From positions 1-64,000 of IMG/VR virus record IMGVR_UViG_3300045988_180880: a stretch of DNA of 64,000 nt. One strand, given 5' to 3'. The notes under the pieces are model-generated. The model was not told the DNA's origin, did not search any database, and saw nothing but the letters and a program-made list of their open reading frames with translations. Shown here one piece after another: positions 16,561-25,468 of the stretch. The position numbers and the translations under genes are program-made. Origin of the DNA: a virus. The stretch's first letter is position 1. Each line of letters starts with the position of its first letter.

Positions 16561-16611
16561 TACGTTGTATAAAGTTTATTATTATTTCGGAAGGCATCTT
16601 TATACAACGTA
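16561..16611. repeat. 14-bp perfect inverted repeat TACGTTGTATAAAG / CTTTATACAACGTA with a 23-nt loop
   Basis: Read directly. Lies between two minus-strand genes, next to a second hairpin CCATAGGA-N5-TCCTATGG at about 16519-16539. Confidence 0.7.
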
Positions 16612-16681
16612 CTTATCTTTTTCTTCTTTATTGGGTGGTGTAGCAATTAATTAATCTTTAGTCCTTCCTTTCCTTAAGATT

Positions 16682-17173
16682 TTATAATCGACCATAATAT
16701 CTTGGATCTGGTGTTGACGAAGCTTCAATGATGTATGGAGATATTCTATTCCAGTAGACGCCATTTCCCATATCAATTGGCTGTCGATATCCCCAAGGGT
16801 CACCATAATAAGGTTGAGTTAGGTAACTATTTCCATCATTTCTGAATATTCTGCTGAAATTATCTACTACCATTGTTAATGATTGAACGAAAGTAAATAA
16901 TCTTCCACATGTATCCTGAACATTTTTCATCTTTTCAACAATATTACTATCATTCTTATCTCTCTTCACTTGTTGGATCAGAGTATTGTTATTTGATTGA
17001 AACTCTGATCCTGAAGAAAAACTTGGATCATCAGGAATACTCTTTTGTCTAAAACCACCATTCTGATTGCCGTTATTAGTATTGATTTTATCTACACCAA
17101 TAAATACAGCTACGCCTGCAACTGCTGCAACTAATACTTTGAAGCCAACGCTTAAAATTTTTCTGTAATTCAT
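16682..17173 (-). CDS. membrane-anchored or secreted hypothetical protein
   Basis: N-terminal hydrophobic helix ILSVGFKVLVAAVAGVAVFIGV. 163 aa. Confidence 0.6.
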   Translation of the reverse strand: MNYRKILSVGFKVLVAAVAGVAVFIGVDKINTNNGNQNGGFRQKSIPDDPSFSSGSEFQSNNNTLIQQVKRDKNDSNIVEKMKNVQDTCGRLFTFVQSLTMVVDNFSRIFRNDGNSYLTQPYYGDPWGYRQPIDMGNGVYWNRISPYIIEASSTPDPRYYGRL

Positions 17174-17363
17174 AAAGCTACTAATTTTTTAAATTTTTAT
17201 TTGTTATAACTACCTCTCAGTAGCTTTACTCGTGGCTTCTCGTTTACACTCACCCGAATTCATACTAAGTTTTTAGCATCAATTTTACTTGTTTTTTTAA
17301 TCACTAAATTGTTAATTTTTCTATTTGTTTTATAGACAGAAACTTTAGCGCTTATTTTTCGTC

Positions 17364-17374
17364 CATATATAAGA
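17364..17374 (-). promoter_or_regulatory. recurrent promoter-like motif (minus strand TCTTATATATG, preceded by CCTTGAAAT)
   Basis: 190 nt upstream of ATG 17173, which implies a long leader. Confidence 0.45.
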
Positions 17375-17481
17375 ATTTCAAGGTTTATGCTCTTTTTGCT
17401 TTATTTTTTAAGTGAAAGCCTAATTATTGATAAGAAACTCTGTTTGAAGAGTTGATTAATAACTAAAAAATAAACTATCTA

Positions 17482-18078
17482 ATGATTTATGGTTATATAC
17501 GAGTATCTACAGAAAAACAAACAGTAGAAGTACAGAGGTACGAAATAAACAGGTATTGTAGGGAAAATGGAATTGAAGTAGATGCATGGATAGAAGAGAG
17601 CATCTCAGGGGCTATAAAACCTAGTGCTAGACTTCTTGGAAAATTAATATTAGATCGAATAAAGAAAGGGGATTTAATATTAGTTACTGAAATTTCTAGA
17701 CTTGGAAGAAATGTATATATGGTGATGTCAATTATAAATCATTGTATGTTAACTGGAGCTGCTATCTTACCTATCTGGAAAGGGGAGATAATAAAAGAAG
17801 ATTCTATGTCCGTATATGAAACCTTCTTTGATATAATTAGCGCTCAGAAAGAAAGAGAGCTAATAAGTCGAAGAACAAAATGTGCATTAGCTATGATGAA
17901 ATCTAATGGAGTGAGATTAGGTAGACCTGTTGGAATTCCTAGGAAGCGTAAATTAGATGGAAAAGATAGTGAAATTACAAGATTACTTGAGAAAGGATTG
18001 AGTAAAGCAGAAGTAGCTAGAAGATTAGGAGTTAGTCAAACAACATTATCAGAGTTTATGAAAATAAAACATTTATAA
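17482..18078 (+). CDS. small serine recombinase (resolvase/invertase family)
   Basis: MIYGYIRVSTEKQTVEVQ (catalytic Ser motif), ISRLGRN, and a C-terminal HTH (LSKAEVARRLGVSQTTLSEFM). Confidence 0.85.
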   Translation: MIYGYIRVSTEKQTVEVQRYEINRYCRENGIEVDAWIEESISGAIKPSARLLGKLILDRIKKGDLILVTEISRLGRNVYMVMSIINHCMLTGAAILPIWKGEIIKEDSMSVYETFFDIISAQKERELISRRTKCALAMMKSNGVRLGRPVGIPRKRKLDGKDSEITRLLEKGLSKAEVARRLGVSQTTLSEFMKIKHL

Positions 18079-18090
18079 ATTAAAAAAGTT

Positions 18091-18489
18091 ATGAATAATA
18101 AGTTTATTTTAAATTTGGAGAATCAATTTCATGGAATACACACGAGATTGAAAGAACTGCATTTCTCAGCACCCACTATGAGCATCCATAAATTAATTGA
18201 TGATTTTGATGGTGAATTTCAAGATTTTGATGATGCTCTTATGGAAAATGCTCAAGCTCTCTGGGGATTTATTCAACCAGGAACATTAAGCCCTATTCTT
18301 CCAGAAGCATTAGAATTTGAAAATCTCTTAGTAGATATTAGAGGATTACTAACTGGAATAAAAAGAGAAGCTGGAGATGATTTAATGTGGTCAGGTATTA
18401 TTAACAGAACAGATGACTTTTTCGAAACTGTTAATAAATATATTTACTTGATCAAAATATGTAAACATGACGCTGCAAAAAGCGAATAA
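18091..18489 (+). CDS. hypothetical helical protein
   Basis: 132-aa ORF. Any resemblance to Dps/ferritin-like helices is too weak to call. Confidence 0.55.
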   Translation: MNNKFILNLENQFHGIHTRLKELHFSAPTMSIHKLIDDFDGEFQDFDDALMENAQALWGFIQPGTLSPILPEALEFENLLVDIRGLLTGIKREAGDDLMWSGIINRTDDFFETVNKYIYLIKICKHDAAKSE

Positions 18490-18542
18490 AAAAAAAAGAA
18501 CTAACCTTGGAAATAAAATCCTTGGTTAGTTTTCTTTCTCTT

Positions 18543-19094
18543 CTAAAATAAACCTTTTTCTCTAGATAGTTTAAGAATAGAATAATTGTAATTGCTCATA
18601 TAATAAGCAGCATTATCATCTATGTTTATTAATCCCTTTTCATAATTCTCTATTATTGCTAAAGAATTATATAGGATGATTCTAATAAATTCTTCTTCAG
18701 GAATACTTGGTTTTTCAATAGTAATAATATCCGAATTAAGTTTTTTAAAATACCTAAAACTTTCTTTTGTTATTAAATCCAGTCTATATATGTATCTTGT
18801 CATATTTTTTGCTGTCCAGATTTTTCGAAATGGTTTTTCAAAATTACTTAAGGTAATTGAAATATAGTATTTACTTTTACCTAAGCGATTATTATCCTTT
18901 AAAAAACTTACAATCTTTGAGATTTCTAGAAGACGATTTCTATTTCTATTTCCTATAAATGAAAATACACTAAAACTATTTGATATTGTTTTATATTCCT
19001 CAGAAGTTAGATAATTTTGAGCATTATGTATATCTACTAGTTTAAGAGGAGTTTCTATTATATAAGCTCTAAAGTTTGGTGTGAAAGTTATCAT
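18543..19094 (-). CDS. hypothetical protein
   Basis: 183-aa ORF. Confidence 0.6.
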   Translation of the reverse strand: MITFTPNFRAYIIETPLKLVDIHNAQNYLTSEEYKTISNSFSVFSFIGNRNRNRLLEISKIVSFLKDNNRLGKSKYYISITLSNFEKPFRKIWTAKNMTRYIYRLDLITKESFRYFKKLNSDIITIEKPSIPEEEFIRIILYNSLAIIENYEKGLINIDDNAAYYMSNYNYSILKLSREKGLF

Positions 19095-19434
19095 GATAAT
19101 TTTTATAATTATAATATAGTTTATTGAGGTTATCTATATCTTTTTTAACACTAAGAAGTCCAGTAGTAGTTTTTATTATTTTAATTAAAACTTTTCTAAT
19201 ATCTTCTGAATTAATTCCAGATATAATTTCTTCCTTTATTTTTGTAGCGTCTCTATAAAAATTAAAACAAATATCTTTATACTCTATGTGGTGTAATAAA
19301 TAATTAGATGAAACTCTCTTTAATTGATTTTTTAATAAGAGAATAATTCTATTATCTATTATTACATAAGTGTACTTATTAGTCTCAACACTACGATAAT
19401 AGTATTCAATCTTTATCATTTTCTTTTTCTTCAT
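19069..19434 (-). CDS. hypothetical protein
   Basis: 121-aa ORF overlapping its downstream neighbour. Confidence 0.55.
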   Translation of the reverse strand: MKKKKMIKIEYYYRSVETNKYTYVIIDNRIILLLKNQLKRVSSNYLLHHIEYKDICFNFYRDATKIKEEIISGINSEDIRKVLIKIIKTTTGLLSVKKDIDNLNKLYYNYKNYHDNFHTKL

Positions 19435-19455
19435 AACAATTATAAGAGTTTAAAT

Positions 19456-19466
19456 CCTTAATAATG
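19456..19466 (+). promoter_or_regulatory. recurrent promoter-like motif variant CCTTAATAATG
   Basis: 19 nt upstream of ATG 19486. Confidence 0.45.
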
Positions 19467-19485
19467 TAATAAAATAAAAAAGAAA

Positions 19486-20274
19486 ATGTTAAAAGATGTA
19501 TTAGATTTATTAGAAAGAGCAGAATTTTTTAATAAAAAGTGTTACCAAGAAAACTTAAGAAGGGAGGTTGGTTCTAAATATGCATATTATGATATTTCTA
19601 TATTTAATACAAGACTAACTACTATTCAATGTTCTCTTGAAGCTTTTAAAGGTTTATATGGAATTATACCAAGGTCAGAAGGATACGAATTAGCTGTTAA
19701 TAATCGTAGAAGTTATTTGATCACTATCTTGTCAAATCTAACTACAAAAGAAAAAGTAAAGTGGATATTTAGAAAAACTAGTAAATTTGTTAATATAATT
19801 ACATCCTCACGAGGGATAGTTGATAGTGAAACAGAAGCTTATATCTTTGGATATTTAGTTTCTCAACAGCTTTTAGATTTTATATACATAGATGATCTTC
19901 TTTTAGAGGTAGAGAAGAAAAAAGAAATCTCTGGAAAACTATCTAAGGGTGATGTAAGTTATGTAATGTCCACTTCTGGAATCTATTATGATAAGACAGA
20001 TAAGGATATCATTAGAATAGGACCTCCTCCAGTAAATGGTATGGTTTATTCAAGAGCTGGTAAGAAAAAATTTATAATGATGATTCCAAAAAGCAGAAAA
20101 GTGACCAAATCTGAACTTTTAAGTACTTGGTCTCATGAATTACATCATATGGCTAGAGATTCTTTTGGAGTAATGAATCGAGAATATTTTCTCTTTGAAG
20201 ATATTTTAGTTGAATATATGGAGAAATCTTTGCCAATTTTAAAAGAACTTATATGGAAACGGAAGAATATGTAA
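19486..20274 (+). CDS. hypothetical protein with an HExxH motif (possible zinc metallopeptidase)
   Basis: WSHELHHMARD is the only motif seen. Confidence 0.55.
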   Translation: MLKDVLDLLERAEFFNKKCYQENLRREVGSKYAYYDISIFNTRLTTIQCSLEAFKGLYGIIPRSEGYELAVNNRRSYLITILSNLTTKEKVKWIFRKTSKFVNIITSSRGIVDSETEAYIFGYLVSQQLLDFIYIDDLLLEVEKKKEISGKLSKGDVSYVMSTSGIYYDKTDKDIIRIGPPPVNGMVYSRAGKKKFIMMIPKSRKVTKSELLSTWSHELHHMARDSFGVMNREYFLFEDILVEYMEKSLPILKELIWKRKNM

Positions 20275-20567
20275 AAGTAGCTGGATACGTATTTTTGTAT
20301 GATCTAGAAGAAGATTTACAAGTTGTTACCGCAATAAGATTAAAAGATGGATTGCCTCGTTTAGTGCTTTCTCCATGGGATAGTGCTGATCCTGAAGAAG
20401 TATTTTTTGGATGGACTGATGATCTCAATGCATGTTATATTAGTATTTCAAGTTTTGGCGATGTTATAATATTAGATACATTTTTAGACAGTGTTAAAGA
20501 TCGTTTAATGTCAGTTCCTGGAAAATTAGTAGTAATGAAAGATAAAACTTATAAAATAGAAATATGA
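20253..20567 (+). CDS. hypothetical protein
   Basis: 104-aa ORF. Confidence 0.55.
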   Translation: METEEYVKVAGYVFLYDLEEDLQVVTAIRLKDGLPRLVLSPWDSADPEEVFFGWTDDLNACYISISSFGDVIILDTFLDSVKDRLMSVPGKLVVMKDKTYKIEI

Positions 20568-20806
20568 TGAAGGTTATAGTTTATTTAGTATTATTAATTG
20601 TATTTTTCCTGTATTTAGGACATACAGAGATATCATTTTCACCATTCAGAATTAAAATAATTGAGTGGTATAAGCCTTTAGGAATAATTATTATGACTGT
20701 TGGATTTTTTATTTATACAGTCGGAAATGAAAGAAAATCATTTAAAGATGGTTGGACTAAGGCAAAAAATGAAATAATTAATAAGATAACAGATGAGAGT
20801 AGATAG
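20564..20806 (+). CDS. small two-helix membrane protein
   Basis: VIVYLVLLIVFFLYL and LGIIIMTVGFFIYTV. Confidence 0.55.
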   Translation: MMKVIVYLVLLIVFFLYLGHTEISFSPFRIKIIEWYKPLGIIIMTVGFFIYTVGNERKSFKDGWTKAKNEIINKITDESR

Positions 20807-21344
20807 TTGGACGCAACCAAGAGTCAAAAATAAAGATACTGGAGATATAGGAGTTGTTTATAGTAATGGTTTTGATTCGAAGGGATCTTATTATAAAGTA
20901 TGTTGGGGATCATCTATATTTCCAGAAAGAATGAGTACAGATGATTTTGATAAAAAATGTGAAATCATAGAGCATGATTATACATCAATTATCCCTCAAA
21001 TAATGGAACATCTTAAGGAGAAAAGCTTAGCCAGAATTCCTCAAGTAGTAGCAAGAAGGTTAGATCCAGATTATTATAAAGTAGGTGATATTGTTTATTT
21101 TCAGTCTCCTGGATATTTATGGGGTAGTGGTGAATATGCAGCATTTGGACCAGAACACCCTTTAATAATTGTAGAAATAAGGCAAGATTGGAGTAATGAA
21201 TTTAGATTTAATATTATCCTAGATAGATATCATCCAGAGTCACCTTTAAATCCTAAAGGAGAGTTCTCGACTTTTTTCGATCTAACTAGTTTTTATAGTA
21301 CGGATGCATATAATAATTTAGCACGTTATGACAAAGAATACTAA
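20793..21344 (+). CDS. hypothetical protein
   Basis: 183-aa ORF. Confidence 0.6.
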   Translation: MRVDSWTQPRVKNKDTGDIGVVYSNGFDSKGSYYKVCWGSSIFPERMSTDDFDKKCEIIEHDYTSIIPQIMEHLKEKSLARIPQVVARRLDPDYYKVGDIVYFQSPGYLWGSGEYAAFGPEHPLIIVEIRQDWSNEFRFNIILDRYHPESPLNPKGEFSTFFDLTSFYSTDAYNNLARYDKEY

Positions 21345-21873
21345 AAGAAAGTTATACTATCAAAAATATCTTCCAGGAGATATAATTACTTGGTCTTATG
21401 ATAGTATTGATGAAATTATTCTTATTAAATTAGTAACTGGTGTAGTAGGATTATTTGGAAGTTTTAGATATGAAACTGTAGATTTAGAATTAGGATGTTC
21501 CCTAGATCATAGATATTATGGAGACAGAACAAATATATTAGTATCTAATACTGATATAATAAATAGCAGATTGATTTTTCGATCTTTCCCGGGAATTTCT
21601 GATATAATATGTAAGAAGGTATGTAAATTTTCTGGAGAATGTGATTTATGTAATTTTAAACCTTCTACCAGACCTAATGAATTCTTTTTCTCTGGAGATA
21701 AAATAAATAGCACTCTACTTACTTCTTATCCAGTAAATAATCGTAAAGGAATAGTTAAACGTGTGAGAATAAATGAAAGTATTCTTATAGACTTTGTAGA
21801 GGAATTATATGAAAAAAGCATTATTACTCTGGATTTCATAAAAAAAGAAAGTAAAAGAACTTGTAACTCTTGA
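21328..21873 (+). CDS. hypothetical protein
   Basis: 181-aa ORF. Confidence 0.6.
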   Translation: MTKNTKRKLYYQKYLPGDIITWSYDSIDEIILIKLVTGVVGLFGSFRYETVDLELGCSLDHRYYGDRTNILVSNTDIINSRLIFRSFPGISDIICKKVCKFSGECDLCNFKPSTRPNEFFFSGDKINSTLLTSYPVNNRKGIVKRVRINESILIDFVEELYEKSIITLDFIKKESKRTCNS

Positions 21874-21895
21874 AAGTCTTGAATATGGAGTTTTT

Positions 21896-22084
21896 ATGGA
21901 ATATTCATCAAAGGAAGTAAGTCATTTTTCGAAAGACCTTAGATTATTTCAAAGAAGAGTATATACAATAGATTCAGGGAATTTAAATTATTGTGATCAA
22001 TGTGTTCTCTCTAAGGATAATTGTAGTGAATGTGGAGTTATGACATATAATTTATTAGATAGTTTAAAATTATTAATGATATGA
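21896..22084 (+). CDS. small Cys-containing hypothetical protein
   Basis: 62-aa ORF with CDQC...CSEC (possible zinc ribbon). ATGA overlap with the next gene. Confidence 0.45.
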   Translation: MEYSSKEVSHFSKDLRLFQRRVYTIDSGNLNYCDQCVLSKDNCSECGVMTYNLLDSLKLLMI

Positions 22085-22950
22085 AAACAAAAGAACAATT
22101 AATTAAAGTTTTTAAAGAAGTAATAGAAGATATTATTTCTAGAGAGTATGAATGTAAGGATAATTATATAGAATTTCCAGAAACAGATAGATTAATATAT
22201 GAATCAAAAATGTATAAGTTTATTCAAAAAGGAAGTAATAAATCTAAATTTCAAACTCCTCCTAAAATATATGTACAGAACATAGATACCTTTGAAAAAG
22301 CAAAGGAATTAGGTTCAGGATGTGCAGTCCTTAATATGGCTTCATCTAAAAGACCTGGTGGAGGAGTTGAAACAGGCTCTAGAGCTCAGGAAGAAGAATT
22401 ATGTAGAAGAAGTAATTTGCTATTATCCCTATATTTATACTCTCCTGAAAAATGGGATGAATACTTTGGAGATTATTATTCAGGAAAAGTTCTTAATGAC
22501 TTCTCCTACCCTATTCCAGTTTATGGAGGAATATATAGTCCAGGGGTATGCGTTTATAGAAAACCAGGAACTTATGAAACTGTAGGTAATTATTTTAAAT
22601 GTAATGTAATTTCAGTGGCAGGAGTAGTAAGACCTGATATTGATAAGAATACTGGAGAAATGATGAAAAAATATGTTCCTGTTGTAAAAGGAAAAATAAG
22701 AACAATCCTTAGAATAGCTTTAGATAATAATCATACTAAACTTGTTCTAGGGGCACTTGGATGTGGAGCATTTAAAAATCCACCTTCTCATGTAGCAAGA
22801 TTATTTAAGGAAGTTTTGGAAGAACCAGAATTTATTGGAGCATTTGAAGAAATATGTTTTGCTATTCTCGATGATGGAAATTCAGGAAGAGATCATAATC
22901 CAAATGGAAATTTAAAACCTTTCGCAGATGTGTTTGGAGAAAAGATCTAA
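22081..22950 (+). CDS. bacterial-type poly(ADP-ribose) glycohydrolase-like macrodomain protein (TIGR02452/DUF2263-like)
   Basis: AVLNMASSKRPGGGVETGSRAQEEELCRRSNL and LVLGALGCGAFKNPPSHVA match the family signature. Confidence 0.75.
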   Translation: MKTKEQLIKVFKEVIEDIISREYECKDNYIEFPETDRLIYESKMYKFIQKGSNKSKFQTPPKIYVQNIDTFEKAKELGSGCAVLNMASSKRPGGGVETGSRAQEEELCRRSNLLLSLYLYSPEKWDEYFGDYYSGKVLNDFSYPIPVYGGIYSPGVCVYRKPGTYETVGNYFKCNVISVAGVVRPDIDKNTGEMMKKYVPVVKGKIRTILRIALDNNHTKLVLGALGCGAFKNPPSHVARLFKEVLEEPEFIGAFEEICFAILDDGNSGRDHNPNGNLKPFADVFGEKI

Positions 22951-23449
22951 TTTATTAAAAGAAATTTGTAGAAGATTAAGATATAAACCTATTATAAAAA
23001 CAAGTGATGGAAATTATACTAGAGTTACAGGAGTTTATTTTGATGATTCTGGTAGTCCTTGGTTTAAGTTGATAGGTTCTGATAATTGGTATACTTTCTC
23101 AGTAATAGATAAGATTGTTCTTTATTCTAAAAATCTCATTAACAAAGAAATTCGTATATCCGGAGAAACAATAAATCCACTTGTAAGATTTGCAGAAGAA
23201 CATGCGAAAAAGAATTTTACAGATGAGGGAATAAAAGCATCATTGGATTCTAAAAATGAGAATTATGTAAAAGTAGTAAATGGTAAAGGAGAATCTATTG
23301 CATCATATGATAAAGATAAACCTTATTTTTATAATTATGGTGTAGACTTACTTTTAAAGTATATGATAAATTTAAAAGATTGTTCTGGATCTGATTTTGA
23401 GATAATTGAAGAAGATTCAGAAGATAATCCATTTTTATATTTTGGATGA
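22928..23449 (+). CDS. hypothetical protein
   Basis: 173-aa ORF. Confidence 0.6.
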   Translation: MCLEKRSNLLKEICRRLRYKPIIKTSDGNYTRVTGVYFDDSGSPWFKLIGSDNWYTFSVIDKIVLYSKNLINKEIRISGETINPLVRFAEEHAKKNFTDEGIKASLDSKNENYVKVVNGKGESIASYDKDKPYFYNYGVDLLLKYMINLKDCSGSDFEIIEEDSEDNPFLYFG

Positions 23450-23452
23450 ATT

Positions 23453-23839
23453 ATGGAAGTAGGAAAGATTTATGTAGATTATAAAGACGGACCTGATGGT
23501 TGGTTCGGTTTATTTAGTGGATGTGAAAGAGGAGTATTTAATTTTCCAAATAATCTTTGGAGATGGTATGTAATAGATTCAAGGATTGTTATTAATTATC
23601 CAAGAGTTGATAATTATTATGGTCGAAGAGTAGCAACTGTTAAAGAACTTGAGAAGATTGAGTCTATTCTTGAACATCTAGGGTATACTTTGATACCAGG
23701 AACTTCAGAGATTTCAGAAATACCTGTTAATAATATTTCAAAAATTATAGAAAAATTAGAAAGAGGTGAGTGGAGTCTTCTCAAAGAAACTGAAAAAATA
23801 AAAATAATAGAAACACTTAAAGGCTATGTTAACAACTGA
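23453..23839 (+). CDS. hypothetical protein
   Basis: 128-aa ORF. Confidence 0.6.
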   Translation: MEVGKIYVDYKDGPDGWFGLFSGCERGVFNFPNNLWRWYVIDSRIVINYPRVDNYYGRRVATVKELEKIESILEHLGYTLIPGTSEISEIPVNNISKIIEKLERGEWSLLKETEKIKIIETLKGYVNN

Positions 23840-24203
23840 AGAATTATTTAGAGAATATATTAAACTATTCACATTAATAGTAGAAACCGCCGGACAAACG
23901 GAAGGTAATAAGAGTTACAAGGAAGTTACTAGAGTTCTTAAAGAAAATGAACATATAGTGAAAAAGATAATTGAAGGAGAAATGTCTTTTACTCCATTTG
24001 TAGCTTCTCTTATATTCTTTATAATCAAAGATATTCATGGGACAGAAAAACTTAGTGGAGAGAATTCTATGGAAACTATAAAACCACTAGTAGATGATTT
24101 CTATGTGAGATATATAAAGAAACCTACTAGAAAATTTACAGCAAAGTATGGATTACCAGCTGTAGAAGATTTAAATACTTATATCAAATTATATCTTGTT
24201 TAA
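23826..24203 (+). CDS. hypothetical protein
   Basis: 125-aa ORF. Confidence 0.6.
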   Translation: MLTTEELFREYIKLFTLIVETAGQTEGNKSYKEVTRVLKENEHIVKKIIEGEMSFTPFVASLIFFIIKDIHGTEKLSGENSMETIKPLVDDFYVRYIKKPTRKFTAKYGLPAVEDLNTYIKLYLV

Positions 24204-24210
24204 TTAAGAA

Positions 24211-24774
24211 GTGGATATTTTTAATTTTGATATAGTTAATCAAGAAATGATTGGTGGATTAGTAGTTGTATCATATTCTTTTCATTACAATATGCTAGAT
24301 TTCTCATATACTTCTCCAAAAACTAAGAATATAAACTTATGGCCATTTTATAAGAAGAGTTATAGTATTCCAGGAAAAATAAGTGATAGTACTGGTAAAA
24401 TAGTAATAAATGATATTCTTAATCCTATAGAAGATGGAAGTATCTTAGAAATTAATGATACACCTCCTGGAAATGGACATAATAGTAGTTATAAAGTAGT
24501 ATTTTATAATAAAAAATGTTTTCTGCTACCCTTCATAGAACTAGTTTTTGGAGCTAAGAAGGAATTAGATGAGAAAGCATATACTCTTATACCTACTGTA
24601 AAAAGATATGAATTTAACTTTTCTACTATAAAAGATTGGTCATCAATTAAAGATGATAGTGTTTTATGTAAAAAGAACATCATACAAATTCTAAAGAAGG
24701 TGAAAAAGACAATCGGTAATAACCTTATAATTGATAAACAAACATTGACAATTGTTAATAATTTTTATTTATGA
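24211..24774 (+). CDS. hypothetical protein (GTG start in the ORF track)
   Basis: 187-aa ORF. Confidence 0.55.
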   Translation: MDIFNFDIVNQEMIGGLVVVSYSFHYNMLDFSYTSPKTKNINLWPFYKKSYSIPGKISDSTGKIVINDILNPIEDGSILEINDTPPGNGHNSSYKVVFYNKKCFLLPFIELVFGAKKELDEKAYTLIPTVKRYEFNFSTIKDWSSIKDDSVLCKKNIIQILKKVKKTIGNNLIIDKQTLTIVNNFYL

Positions 24775-25331
24775 AAAATTTTAAAGTAACATCAAAAGAA
24801 AATGGAAAAGAGTATTGGATCTCTAGAGCAAATGCAGTAGTAGGAATTGTATATACTAGAGATAGCAATGGTCGAGTAATGTTTTTAGTATCTAAACGAG
24901 GTTCAGGATGTCCAGATCATGTTGGAAAATGGTCAGTTACTTGTGGTTATCTTGATTGGGGTGAAACAAGAAAAGAAGCAGTAAAACGAGAACTTTATGA
25001 AGAACTTGGACTTAATCTTGAAATTTATCCCAATGAAGCAATTGATCATTTTTGTACTATAGATGATCCGTCTCAAGATGTTAGAGAAAACATAGTTTCT
25101 AGATATCTTATTCACGTAGATTACATAGCTACTCAGAAAAAATTAGCTGATAAGGAAATTAACTGTGATACTGTATCAAGAGGTGGAGAACCTAATGAAG
25201 TAGATGATATTAAATTTGTCCCAGCAGAAGATATTGATAGTTATGATTGGGCGTTTAATCATGATCAGGTACTTAAAGAGATTTTGGAATACTTAGAAAC
25301 AGGTCGAAAACCTAAATATTGTGAAGAGTAA
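24771..25331 (+). CDS. Nudix hydrolase
   Basis: Nudix box GKWSVTCGYLDWGETRKEAVKRELYEELGL (Gx5Ex7REUxEExGU). Confidence 0.85.
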   Translation: MKNFKVTSKENGKEYWISRANAVVGIVYTRDSNGRVMFLVSKRGSGCPDHVGKWSVTCGYLDWGETRKEAVKRELYEELGLNLEIYPNEAIDHFCTIDDPSQDVRENIVSRYLIHVDYIATQKKLADKEINCDTVSRGGEPNEVDDIKFVPAEDIDSYDWAFNHDQVLKEILEYLETGRKPKYCEE

Positions 25332-25400
25332 AGAAACTAGGAATAAGCTCTTCTTATGTTTAATAAAGATTAATAATCAGAAAAATCCTAGTTAATAATC

Positions 25401-25428
25401 AAACCCGAGGAGATAATTCTTCGGGTTT
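25401..25428 (+). terminator. intrinsic terminator
   Basis: AAACCCGA-N12-TCGGGTTT followed by ATTTT. Confidence 0.65.
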
Positions 25429-25433
25429 ATTTT

Positions 25434-25444
25434 CCTTATATGTG
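25434..25444 (+). promoter_or_regulatory. recurrent promoter-like motif CCTTATATGTG
   Basis: 24 nt upstream of ATG 25469. The GTG start at 25442 in the ORF track is part of this motif. Confidence 0.55.
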
Positions 25445-25468
25445 ATAAATATAAATAAATATAGAATT

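Noticed and set aside
25442-25468. GTG start codons proposed by the ORF track at 25442 (plus strand) and 30138 (minus strand).
   Set aside because: In both cases the GTG is the last triplet of the promoter-like motif CCTTATATGTG. In-frame ATGs lie 24 and 18 nt downstream of the motif, matching the usual motif-to-start spacing, so the starts were moved to 25469 and 30117.
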